A DNA stretch of 64,000 nucleotides. Origin: Candidatus Brocadiia bacterium JP1 (lineage in GTDB: Bacteria; Planctomycetota; Brocadiia; Brocadiales; Bathyanammoxibiaceae). A program made the translations under genes and the position numbers. The notes beneath the pieces were generated by a model. That model searched no databases. It was not told the DNA's origin and worked only from the letters and a program-made list of their open reading frames with translations. The stretch lies in the NCBI GenBank assembly GCA_051388875.1, contig JBMFFR010000003.1:36687-100686 (forward strand). Reading direction: 5' to 3'. Shown here one piece after another: positions 18,482 to 27,567 of this stretch (position 1 is its first letter; each line of letters opens with the position of its first letter).

Positions 18482-19306
18482 ATGATAAACATTAATATTA
18501 CCCTGGTAGCCTTTTGCATAGTTTCCATTGCTTATATTGTTAAAGAGGTATGGAAGCCTGAAATTCTAAGAAAGGGTGCAGTGGCTATCTTTGTGGCTGC
18601 TTTCCTCCTTAATACTGCACTGGTGGTAAACAGGTGGCTGGAGGCAGGGCATGCCCCCTTTTCTAATCTCTACGAATCGTTGGTCTTTTACGCCTGGTCT
18701 GTGGGGTTTGCCTATCTGATACTTGAGTATATGTATGGTATGAGGGTGGTAGGGGCCCTTTCTGCTGTATTGATAATGTTACTTCTGCTTTATGCCTCTA
18801 CTACGGATGAAAGCATTAGACCACTAATGCCGGCGTTACAGAGTAACTGGCTGACCATACATGTGGTAACCTATTTTATCGGTTACGGCGCGCTGGGAAT
18901 ATCTTTTATTACGGCCCTTCTTTTCCTTGGGGGATGGGTTCGCTCTGGGAAAAATCCGAGTGAAAATGTGCAGGCATTTGATAAGCTATCTTACAAGATA
19001 GTAGCCTTTGGTTTTCCCTTCCTTACGCTGGGGCTGGTCACAGGGGCGGTATGGGCTAATAAGGCGTGGGGTACTTATTGGTCGTGGGACCCAAAGGAGA
19101 CTTGGTCACTCATCACCTGGTTAATCTATCTGGGCTACTTGCATATGCCACTTGTCTTACCCAGGATGAATATAGACAGGGCTAAGATACCTTTGATACA
19201 GAGTACATGTCTAGTGCTTGCCTTTTTGGCGGTAATCTTCACGTACTTAGGACTTGCCTATCTGCCTTCCGCCTCAGACAGCGAACACATTTATGGCAAC
19301 AAGTAG
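18482..19306 (+). CDS. ccsA: Cytochrome c biogenesis protein CcsA/ResC
   Basis: Tryptophan-rich WWD motif WGTYWSWDPKETW in a polytopic membrane protein. Confidence 0.9.
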   Translation: MININITLVAFCIVSIAYIVKEVWKPEILRKGAVAIFVAAFLLNTALVVNRWLEAGHAPFSNLYESLVFYAWSVGFAYLILEYMYGMRVVGALSAVLIMLLLLYASTTDESIRPLMPALQSNWLTIHVVTYFIGYGALGISFITALLFLGGWVRSGKNPSENVQAFDKLSYKIVAFGFPFLTLGLVTGAVWANKAWGTYWSWDPKETWSLITWLIYLGYLHMPLVLPRMNIDRAKIPLIQSTCLVLAFLAVIFTYLGLAYLPSASDSEHIYGNK

Positions 19307-19607
19307 TGGGGGCGCAAGAGGCACGTCTCAGAAGGTGAGGGCCCACGTCCTGGTGCAGGGTAGAGTACAAGGGGTGTTCTTTAGGGCTACTACTTGCGAT
19401 AGAGCCGAGGCCTTAGGGCTAACCGGCTGGGTTAAGAACACAAGTGATGGCCGGGTGGAGGCTGTGTTTCAAGGACAGAAGGAGAATGTGGAAGAGATAA
19501 TCCAGTGGTGCCATAAGGGCCCACCGGGTGCCGTTGTAACAGGCGTAGAAGTTGCTTGGGAAGAGCCAAAAGCCGAAGTTAAGAATTTTTCAATAAAATA
19601 CTGGTAG
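19293..19607 (+). CDS. acyP: Acylphosphatase
   Basis: VQGRVQGVFFR motif and GWVKN...DGRVE. The ATG at 19293 overlaps the ccsA 3' end by 14 nt. Confidence 0.85.
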   Translation: MATSSGGARGTSQKVRAHVLVQGRVQGVFFRATTCDRAEALGLTGWVKNTSDGRVEAVFQGQKENVEEIIQWCHKGPPGAVVTGVEVAWEEPKAEVKNFSIKYW

Positions 19608-19637
19608 ACTTTTAGTCAGTATCTGCAAGGATTTTTC

Positions 19638-19665
19638 TTGAATAAAATTATAGCGGTTGTATAAT
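19638..19665 (+). promoter_or_regulatory. Sigma70-type promoter candidate directly abutting a start codon
   Basis: TTGAAT (19638-19643), 16-nt spacer, TATAAT (19660-19665). The ATG at 19675 follows 9 nt later with no SD. Confidence 0.5.
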
Positions 19666-19674
19666 TCTCACATT

Positions 19675-20001
19675 ATGAAAACTAAAGACAAACCATTGGT
19701 AAAAAAAGAAGAGAACCTGGCAAAAGCACAACAAGAAGTGCGCCATAGACTGGAAAGGTGGTTGAAAGGTACCTCCTATAGATTCAATCCAGATACTTCT
19801 ACCGTAGACACAATTATAAAGGGACTTGCTTTAAGGAAACAAAAGTATGGAGAGGAATTGTGTCCGTGCCGTGTCGTAGCCCAGGATGCGCAAGAGAATA
19901 AAAAAATTGTCTGCCCCTGCATTTATCATGAGGAAGAGATAAACCAGCATGGAGTATGTTTTTGTGGGCTCTTTGTTGGACCTAACTATAAACCAGATTA
20001 G
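19675..20001 (+). CDS. Ferredoxin:thioredoxin reductase catalytic-subunit-like protein
   Basis: CPC-x14-CPC-x12-CFC cysteine pattern similar to the FTR beta CPC...CPC...CHC pattern. The ORF-track TTG start at 19657 lies inside the predicted promoter. Confidence 0.6.
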   Translation: MKTKDKPLVKKEENLAKAQQEVRHRLERWLKGTSYRFNPDTSTVDTIIKGLALRKQKYGEELCPCRVVAQDAQENKKIVCPCIYHEEEINQHGVCFCGLFVGPNYKPD

Positions 20002-20777
20002 AAGCCACCAAGCAGTTCTTTCACCTTAGACGTTATATCCTTGCTACGTACCAGGGCTTCTCCAACAAGGATTGCGCTTACCCCGGATTTCTCAAGCACT
20101 TCTACATCTTCTCTTCTGCTTATACCACTCTCACTTACCACCAGCCTATCTTTTGGGATAAGGGGCAGGAGCCTTAAGGTGGTGGCCAAATCAACTTTAA
20201 ATGTGTTTAAATCCCTGTTATTTATGCCGATTAATCTAGCTGGGGTATTTAGTACCTTTTTTATCTCTTCCTCCGTGTGTACTTCCACAAGGCAGGCTAG
20301 GCCTAATTCTTTAGCCACCTTCAGGAAAGACTCCATAGTTTTTTCATCCAGCAGCCTAGCTATAAGCAAGGCGGCATCGGCCCCCGCTACCCTTGCTTCG
20401 TATAGTTGGTAAGTGTCTATAATAAAATCCTTCCGTAAAAGTGGTAGGGAGACTGCCCTTCTGACATTCTCCAGATTGGAAATACTACCGTGGAAGAATC
20501 TGTTATCTGTAAGTACAGACAGGGCATTGGCACCGGCACTCTGATACTCAAGGGCAAGCTTTACCGGGTCAAGCCCCGCCCTCAATACCCCGGCAGAAGG
20601 GGATGCCGCCTTTATCTCTGCAATGAGCTTTATCCCCTTGCCCGCCCTTAAAGTGGCCTCAAAGTCCTTTGTAGGGGCAAGCCTTGATAGCTTCCCCTCT
20701 AATTCTCCGAGACTCACCCTCTTTTTGTTTTCTGCTACTTCTTGAAGTTTGTGCCTGTATATTTCGTCAAGAATCAA
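19998..20777 (-). CDS. trpC: Indole-3-glycerol phosphate synthase
   Basis: TrpC-like sequence (IAEIKAASPSAG, LSVLTD, LRKDFI, GINNRDL). No other trp genes are nearby. Confidence 0.9.
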   Translation of the reverse strand: MILDEIYRHKLQEVAENKKRVSLGELEGKLSRLAPTKDFEATLRAGKGIKLIAEIKAASPSAGVLRAGLDPVKLALEYQSAGANALSVLTDNRFFHGSISNLENVRRAVSLPLLRKDFIIDTYQLYEARVAGADAALLIARLLDEKTMESFLKVAKELGLACLVEVHTEEEIKKVLNTPARLIGINNRDLNTFKVDLATTLRLLPLIPKDRLVVSESGISRREDVEVLEKSGVSAILVGEALVRSKDITSKVKELLGGF

Positions 20778-21079
20778 GGTCTACACCTGCTTTCTAAAGG
20801 TAATCGCATTATTTTAGCATGCAATTTGTTTAGAGACAATGTAGGCGTATTAGTTAGTATTTATCAAAATTAAAAAACTATATACAAGAGAGCAGGTACA
20901 AAGAAAGTTTTACATGAGGTGCTATTTAGTCTTTGGGCCAAGCATTTTCACTTGAAATTTACTCCTAGAGGTGTTATATTTTTGTTTCTTAGAGTTTTAC
21001 AGTAGAAAGGAATAAATAAGATATTATTGCCCATGGGTTTACCCATGTACCTGCAAGGTAGAGTGGAAAGGAGAAGATT

Positions 21080-21787
21080 ATGCTAGTGGGCCCGAAGGGA
21101 CTTACTATAATAACAATACTAATGGGTTTAATCACTATACTCTTTGCAGGGCTCGCCTTAACCGCCACAAGTAAGTATCGTACCCAGCGCCACAGAGTGA
21201 CCGAACTGGAGGAGAAACTTCTAGCCGGTAGGGCAGAGCTCGTTAAAATACCGCAGATTCAGCTTCAAGTGCAGGAAGAACAAAGGAATGCAAAGGAAAA
21301 GGAAGAAGAGATTGTCGGCGTTAAGGACGAATTGGAGTCCCTACAATTAGAATACGATGATTTCAAACACGAACACGAACTCTTAGCTGTAGCCAAGGCA
21401 GTTTCTGATAGGGAATTGCAGCAGAGGGAGATTGCTCTTCAGGAGGCAAGGGCTACAGTAGCAGCCCTGGACGACAGAGTTAAAGAGCTAGAAGATGCAA
21501 AGGTCCAATTGGAGAGGCAGATTAAAGACCTTGACCTTGATTATAGGGCAGCCCTTACGAAGATTAAGAACCTTGAGAAAGAGAGGGTAGGAGGAGGCAG
21601 TGTATCTATGCCTCCCCAGCACGAGACAGTCTCTACAACCCCTGAGGCAGGCTCAGAGCTACAGGGCCTCAGGGCTAAGGTTTCAGAGCTAACAAACGAA
21701 CTCGTAACCCTCACAAAGGAAAAACAACAGGCCGAGAGAATAGCGGAAGAACTGCAGCGGCGCCTGGCAGCCCTGCCGACTCAGTAG
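21080..21787 (+). CDS. Membrane-anchored coiled-coil protein
   Basis: N-terminal TM helix followed by a long heptad-like charged region. No family was recognised. Confidence 0.55.
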   Translation: MLVGPKGLTIITILMGLITILFAGLALTATSKYRTQRHRVTELEEKLLAGRAELVKIPQIQLQVQEEQRNAKEKEEEIVGVKDELESLQLEYDDFKHEHELLAVAKAVSDRELQQREIALQEARATVAALDDRVKELEDAKVQLERQIKDLDLDYRAALTKIKNLEKERVGGGSVSMPPQHETVSTTPEAGSELQGLRAKVSELTNELVTLTKEKQQAERIAEELQRRLAALPTQ

Positions 21788-21807
21788 TAATAGATTTGAC
21801 CCCCTTT

Positions 21808-21880
21808 GCCCCCATCGTCTAGTGGCCCAGGATGCCAGGTTCTCAGCCTGGAGACTGGGGTTCAAATCCCCATGGGGGTA
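21808..21880 (+). tRNA. tRNA-Glu (anticodon CUC)
   Basis: Cloverleaf: acceptor GCCCCCA/UGGGGGU, anticodon stem CCAGG/CCUGG with loop UUCUCAG, T-arm UGGGG-UUCAAAU-CCCCA. CCA is not encoded. Confidence 0.9.
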
Positions 21881-22145
21881 CTCCTTATACCACAAAGACT
21901 TACAGAAGATTATTAAACCTGCCTTCATTTTTTATGCCGTTTTAATACTATGAATTTTATTGAACACTCCCAATGCCCCCATCTTATATATTAAAAAACG
22001 TTTTGGTAATTTTTGCTTTTTCTACTCCCACACAATTCCTTACAAGGTTTATAGCTGAGATACTGAGTAACCCGAACTTAGGACAAAAATTCGGACGCAG
22101 TAAAAAGACGTTCTGTTTCAAATATATGGGAATCTTTCCTTTAGT

Positions 22146-22218
22146 AAAGGGGGAGGGGGGCATTTTCAAATGCCCCTTTGCCTCTTCGTGCCTAAGGCAG
22201 ATCCACCGTTGGCGGAAA
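22146..22218. repeat. Dispersed hairpin units
   Basis: AAAGGGGGA, the hairpin GGGGCAT-TTTCAA-ATGCCCC (22157-22176), and TGCCTAAGGCAGATCCACCGTTGGCGGA. All are related to the units at 548-660. Confidence 0.5.
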
Positions 22219-22371
22219 TTCTCCTCCAGCGAAACGTCTTTTCCCCTAAGTGGAGTGGGTGGTTGAGTTGCAAGTGTTTATAATGTAAGAAGTTATGACT
22301 TTAGCAAACTAGTTTTTGAAAACGCGGGAGATTGAGTTAAAATACCCTGTCTGAATTTTAGACAAGGAGGA

Positions 22372-23325
22372 ATGGATTTTATGGCCCTTTATTTAGTAAC
22401 CGGTGGTGCGGGGTTTGTAGGTTCTCATCTGGTGGAGAGGCTTCTTAACCGGGGGGATAGGGTAAGGGCACTTGATAACCTGGATACAGGGCGGAAGGAA
22501 AATCTCTCTAATTTTTTAAAGGAGATTGATTTCTATAAGGGGGATATAAGGGATGCAAGGGTGATGAGGAAGGCCGTTAAAGGGGTGGACTATGTGCTTC
22601 ATGTAGCGGCCCTGCGGTCGGTTCCCCGTTCGGTGGATAATCCCCTTGCTAGTAACGAGGTTAATATTCAGGGGACGATCAACGTCCTTTGGTGGGCAAA
22701 ACAGGCCGGGGTAAAGAGGGTAGTATATGCCTCTTCTTCAATGGTCTATGGGGAGGACCAGGCTATGCCGCTCAGAGAGAGCTATACGCCTTCGCCCAAG
22801 TCCCCGTACGCCATCTCAAAATTGGTGGGGGAGCAGTATTGTGGGGTTTTTTATAAAATCTACGGACTGGAGACGGTGTGTCTCAGGTACTTTAATATTT
22901 TTGGGCCGCGGCAGAACCCTTACTCCCAGTACGCCACTGTGGTCCCTGTGTTCATACGGGCAGGGCTTGATGGAAACCAGGTGGAGGTCCACTGGGATGG
23001 GCTTCAATCCAGGGATTTTACATATGTGGAAAATACGGTGGATGCAACGCTACTGGCCGCTACTGCGCCGGGCGTGGCGGGGATGGCCTTTAATGTGGGT
23101 TGCGGGAGGGATTATTCTATACTGGACCTCCTAAAGGCTATAGAAAAGATTGTAGGAAGGTCCATCCCGTATATCAATACGGAGCCAAGGAAGGGGGATG
23201 TGAGGCGTACACTGGCAGACGTCTCTTTAGCTGAAAAACTGCTGGGCTATCGGGTGAGCGTGGGATTTGAAGAGGGCCTGGAGAGGACTGTGGAATGGTT
23301 TAAGAGCCGTAAAGGAAAGGATTAG
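22372..23325 (+). CDS. NAD-dependent nucleotide-sugar epimerase/dehydratase (SDR family)
   Basis: Rossmann motif VTGGAGFVGSH and the catalytic YxxxK (YAISK). Confidence 0.85.
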   Translation: MDFMALYLVTGGAGFVGSHLVERLLNRGDRVRALDNLDTGRKENLSNFLKEIDFYKGDIRDARVMRKAVKGVDYVLHVAALRSVPRSVDNPLASNEVNIQGTINVLWWAKQAGVKRVVYASSSMVYGEDQAMPLRESYTPSPKSPYAISKLVGEQYCGVFYKIYGLETVCLRYFNIFGPRQNPYSQYATVVPVFIRAGLDGNQVEVHWDGLQSRDFTYVENTVDATLLAATAPGVAGMAFNVGCGRDYSILDLLKAIEKIVGRSIPYINTEPRKGDVRRTLADVSLAEKLLGYRVSVGFEEGLERTVEWFKSRKGKD

Positions 23326-23462
23326 GTTGCTTTGCCGTCCGCCTCAGGTGGAATTTTCGTAGTTACAGTCTCTCGTGTTTTTTGTGTATCTCCTGTACGC
23401 ACCTTAGAGGATGCAGCTATATCAGCGTTTGCCTGATAATGATGGGTTCCCGACAATAATAT

Positions 23463-23816
23463 TTATATCCCCTTTTCTTCTTCCACCCCTGTATGAACAC
23501 CTCCTGTCCTAATGTGGACAGCCGTAGCTACGTCGCTTACATATATTCTTCCGTCCCCCGGCTGTCCTGTACGTGCCTTTTCCAGGATGAGATTTACAAC
23601 ATTTTCGGCCTCTGTATCGGGGACTACTATCTCTAGTTCAATTCGGGTTACTGCGTCAGTAGAGAACGGCCTACCGCGCCAGATTCTGGTAGGTCCTTTT
23701 TGTTCACCGTAACCTGTGACAGGTATGGCAGTTAAGCCATGAAAACCTGCATCGTGAAGCGCATGTCGTACCTCTTCAAATTTTTCTGGCCTGATAATAG
23801 CCTCAATTTTTTTCAT
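23463..23816 (-). CDS. P-II family nitrogen regulatory protein (divergent T-loop)
   Basis: It aligns along its whole length with GlnB (MKKIEAIIRP..., GDGRIYV). The T-loop reads GYGEQKGPTRIWRGRPFSTD. Confidence 0.85.
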   Translation of the reverse strand: MKKIEAIIRPEKFEEVRHALHDAGFHGLTAIPVTGYGEQKGPTRIWRGRPFSTDAVTRIELEIVVPDTEAENVVNLILEKARTGQPGDGRIYVSDVATAVHIRTGGVHTGVEEEKGI

Positions 23817-24080
23817 TATTTGCTCCTAAAATTAGTCAATTGTTGTAGGGGTTATTCATTATACTTTTAAAGGTTTGTTTGTCAATGGAAAGAGTTGTTA
23901 TGGGAAAAACAGTCAAATACATATTTTTTGTTTATATAGCTAATTTTAATTGACAAATCAAGCAAATTAGTGTATGCAGATTAATAATATCCATCTTTAT
24001 CCATTATTTAGGCGTGTCGCTTTAAGGCGGTAAAAGGGGCCAGCAGGGGATGGGTCTTGTAATAAAAGAGGAATGGCTTG

Positions 24081-26159
24081 ATGGCATTTAAACCAAAAAA
24101 AGGATTATTTAGTCTCAGGGCCAAATTCGGGATACTCTTTGGTGTCTTTTTCCTTCTTACTGCCGGGGTATTAGGTACGAGCTTTTACCATATATTCCAT
24201 CTACGGGGAGAAGCGCAACATATTAACGATGCAGGTAGTGAGAGGATGAGGTCTTATAAACTTGCCTTTCTTTTAAATGAGTATGTTACGGGGGGGCAAG
24301 CAGTCAGGGATTCTCTTAAAGCTCAAATATACAAAGAGGTTGAAACTTTTGAAGAGATAATGTTTAGCCTGAGGGATGACCATGAAGGAAGGAGGTTGCT
24401 TAGTGTTGAGGGTGCTGCTGTACCTTCTGGGAAAACGGATAGTGATATTCATGCAAGCCTCACCCTGCATATTAAATTCTTCCAGAGTGAACTTAAGCCC
24501 GGGATTTTACAGGTCTTAGAGCCTATCTCTCCTGAAGAGAGTCTCAAATTATTAAACGAGGTTAAGAGTATAGTACCTATGTTTGTCAATGAGATTGATA
24601 AAACAGTAAAGATGATGGAGGAACATGTTGAGGGTGAGCTAGCGCAGTTTATGACCATAGAATTCATCCTGATGTGTCTGGTTGTGGCTTTTACTATTTT
24701 CAGTGTCTTCTTTGTAGGATTGGCCATTCTGAGACCGATAAATAAGGTGCATCGGGGTGTAAGGGCATTTGCCAAAGGCAAGTTGGATGAAAAGATTACC
24801 GTTCGGGGCATGGATGAGATAGGGGAGCTTGCTAATGGGTTTAATGACATGGCGGAGGAGTTGGCCAGGGAATATCGTCTGATTAATGAACGAAACGGGC
24901 AATTAAAGGAACTTAATAAGTTATTGAAAGAGACCTCCCTAAGAGACTGTCTCACAGGTTGTTATAATAAATACTATTTCCAGGAGGTTTTGAGGACTGA
25001 ACATCATGAGGCAAAGAGGTATGGACGCCCCCTTTCATTATTGATGCTAGACCTTGACCATTTTAAGACGGTAAACGACCTGTGGGGGCATCCTTTTGGT
25101 GACTTTGTGCTGAAGGAGTTTGCTATATTAATAAAGGGGCAACTCAGAACCCCGGATATAGTCTGCCGGGTAGGTGGTGAGGAGTTTATCGTATTGCTGC
25201 CGAGTACAACAGAGGAAGGGGCACTGGAGGTGGCAGAGAAACTCAGGAAGACGGTGATGGGGCATAGTTTCAGTAATGGGGATAAATGCTGCCAACTTAC
25301 CGTAACGATCGGGGTATCCTCCCGCAGTGAGCTTAATGTATATACGTGGGCTGACCTTTTAAGGCACGCAGATGAGGCCGTACGGGAGGGTAAGATACAG
25401 GGTAGGAATTGCACGGTTAGCTGGGAAGAGGTTTATAATAGTGCACTTACCGCCAGAGGAATAGAAGCACAGGACCTTGTAGCTTTACGAGAAAAATTTA
25501 TGGTGGCCGGGCACAACTACAAGAGGGCTTATATGGAGACTGCAATGGTCTTATGTAAAACGTTAGAGACAAGGGATAACTATAGCATGAAGCATTCCTA
25601 TCAGGTGGCTGATTATAGTGTAAAACTAACTAAGAGCTTAGACCAGCCCAACGAAAAGGTAGAGGTGATAAGGAATGCGGCTATACTGCATGATATCGGT
25701 AAGATAGGTATACAAGACGATATACTGATGAAAGAGGGACCTTTGAAAGAGGAAGAGAAAGAAATCATCAAGAAGCACCCTTGCATTAGTCTTAGTATCC
25801 TGGGGAATATAAGCCTTTTGAATGAAGAAATGCCGATTATCTATCACCACCATGAGAGATGGGATGGTGGTGGTTATCCAGTCGGGCTTAAAGGGAAAGA
25901 TATACCCCTTGGGGCGAGGATACTGGCTATAGCGGATGCCTATGAGTCTATTACTAATGATAGACCCTATCGGGAGAAGAGGTCGTCTGAAGAGGCTTTT
26001 AAAGAACTTAAGAAGTATGCTGGCTCTCAATTTGACCCAGAATTGGTACCGATGTTTATTAGCGTGATGCAGAAGGTGTTAGAGCAAGAAAATCTGGTAG
26101 AAGAAGTCCCACAAGCCCTGTCACTAGAACCATCCATAGCCCTGGTGAGCAAAGACTAA
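24081..26159 (+). CDS. Sensor protein: PilJ/NarX-type periplasmic domain, HAMP, GGDEF and HD-GYP
   Basis: INDAGSERMRSYK sensor motif, a HAMP region, GGEEF, then HDIGK and HHERWDGGGYP. Confidence 0.9.
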   Translation: MAFKPKKGLFSLRAKFGILFGVFFLLTAGVLGTSFYHIFHLRGEAQHINDAGSERMRSYKLAFLLNEYVTGGQAVRDSLKAQIYKEVETFEEIMFSLRDDHEGRRLLSVEGAAVPSGKTDSDIHASLTLHIKFFQSELKPGILQVLEPISPEESLKLLNEVKSIVPMFVNEIDKTVKMMEEHVEGELAQFMTIEFILMCLVVAFTIFSVFFVGLAILRPINKVHRGVRAFAKGKLDEKITVRGMDEIGELANGFNDMAEELAREYRLINERNGQLKELNKLLKETSLRDCLTGCYNKYYFQEVLRTEHHEAKRYGRPLSLLMLDLDHFKTVNDLWGHPFGDFVLKEFAILIKGQLRTPDIVCRVGGEEFIVLLPSTTEEGALEVAEKLRKTVMGHSFSNGDKCCQLTVTIGVSSRSELNVYTWADLLRHADEAVREGKIQGRNCTVSWEEVYNSALTARGIEAQDLVALREKFMVAGHNYKRAYMETAMVLCKTLETRDNYSMKHSYQVADYSVKLTKSLDQPNEKVEVIRNAAILHDIGKIGIQDDILMKEGPLKEEEKEIIKKHPCISLSILGNISLLNEEMPIIYHHHERWDGGGYPVGLKGKDIPLGARILAIADAYESITNDRPYREKRSSEEAFKELKKYAGSQFDPELVPMFISVMQKVLEQENLVEEVPQALSLEPSIALVSKD

Positions 26160-26358
26160 GTATAGGCCCATGAAGGGTCTGGGCATAGATAAGTCCATCG
26201 CAGGGCCAACTTAAGAATTTCCATTCATAGTATTGAGTTCAGGATACAAATCCATCCCACCAGAATACGATTTTTTGTCTTATTATCAATAACAGTTGCT
26301 TTGTTTATTGCAATATATTCAATCATTGAGTAAAATTTGCTTTAAGAAGGTTACTGTG

Positions 26359-27567
26359 ATGGGACAAGGATCTCCGACACCGCAAAGACCAAGAATTCCG
26401 GTAGCTCACGGCAGGACTGCCCATAAAGGGCCGGAAAGGGGACACGGTCTTTTTTACTATCTTATCCTACTGTGTTTCTTCGGTAGTTTTATACCTTATC
26501 TTATAACCACCGCACTCACCTGTAGTGCTGTAAAAGGCTCCTTCAGGAGAGAGGTATTTAATCACCTGATTTCTGTAAGAGACATAAAAAGGGGTCAGTT
26601 GGAGCATTATTTCTTAGATAGAAAGGCGGACACTTATGCCTTAGCCACTAGCCCCCTGATTGTAAGGGCAGCCGCCTCTTTTATTAATGGCTTTAAGCAG
26701 GGTGGACTTGAAGGTAATCTTTATAAGGAGGCCGATATTAACTACGGCCGTATGTTAGAAGATTTCTGTAATGCCCATGAATATTACGATATATTTGTAG
26801 TGGACATGGAGGGGAATATAGTAGTCAGTGCAAGGGACTTTCCTGTACAGGGCAAGAACATACCTAAGAACTATCCGGATAGCCCTCTATCAGAGACGTT
26901 TAAGCGAGGTATGGAAGGTATCAACATAGGAGATATGAGGTGGTATGAGCCTTACAGGGGGCCGGCTATTTTTGTTTCTGCCCCTCTTGTCCTGAGGCGA
27001 GCTGAAGAAAGAACCATGGTAGGCGTTATAATAGCCCATATAAACCCCATAAAGATAAATGAGATAATGGCTCAGAGGTCGGGACTAGGTGAAACGGGGG
27101 AGACTTATGTAGTGGGGCAAGATTTTTTGATGCGTTCGGATTCCCGTTTCTTTCAGGACTCAACGATGCTAAGAAAGAGTGTGGATACTGTTGCGGTTAG
27201 AGAGTCCCTGGCAAATCAACCCAACTGTAAGGTAATTAATGACTACCGGGAGCAGAAGGTCCTTTCCGCCTATGTACCAGTAGAGATAACTGAAGGTATA
27301 CGCTGGGCACTTATTGCGGAGATAGATGTGAGAGAGGCGTTAAATCTTGAGGATACCATTTCTGGCCGTGTGATCTATTTAACGTTGGCTATAATTCCTT
27401 TTTGGGGGGTTATTCTTTTTATATTTTATAGGCTTATCAGGGCCTGGCACAGGCAGGAGATGGTGCATATTGCAGCACATCCTCATGCCACTGGTCATCC
27501 TCCTATACCGGGGCCGCATTCCATAGTGGACCCCCATACCACCCCTCCTCATGGCCCGAAGGCGTAG
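26359..27567 (+). CDS. Membrane protein with Cache-like periplasmic domain and no output domain
   Basis: Two TM segments flank a Cache-like region of about 300 aa (YVVGQDFLMRSDSRF). The short cytoplasmic tail is His/Pro-rich. The ATG at 26359 has the SD AAGAAGG. Confidence 0.55.
   Translation: MGQGSPTPQRPRIPVAHGRTAHKGPERGHGLFYYLILLCFFGSFIPYLITTALTCSAVKGSFRREVFNHLISVRDIKRGQLEHYFLDRKADTYALATSPLIVRAAASFINGFKQGGLEGNLYKEADINYGRMLEDFCNAHEYYDIFVVDMEGNIVVSARDFPVQGKNIPKNYPDSPLSETFKRGMEGINIGDMRWYEPYRGPAIFVSAPLVLRRAEERTMVGVIIAHINPIKINEIMAQRSGLGETGETYVVGQDFLMRSDSRFFQDSTMLRKSVDTVAVRESLANQPNCKVINDYREQKVLSAYVPVEITEGIRWALIAEIDVREALNLEDTISGRVIYLTLAIIPFWGVILFIFYRLIRAWHRQEMVHIAAHPHATGHPPIPGPHSIVDPHTTPPHGPKA

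Noticed and set aside
21881-22371. Integrated element at the 3' side of tRNA-Glu
   Set aside because: The 490-nt gene-free stretch has no integrase and no direct repeat of the tRNA 3' end that I could find. The 97-aa ORF there is a translation across palindromic repeat units.
22727-23134. 135-aa alternative-frame ORF within the epimerase gene
   Set aside because: It is a same-strand overlapping frame rich in Arg/Trp/Gly, typical of an off-frame artefact. The epimerase frame carries all the conserved motifs.
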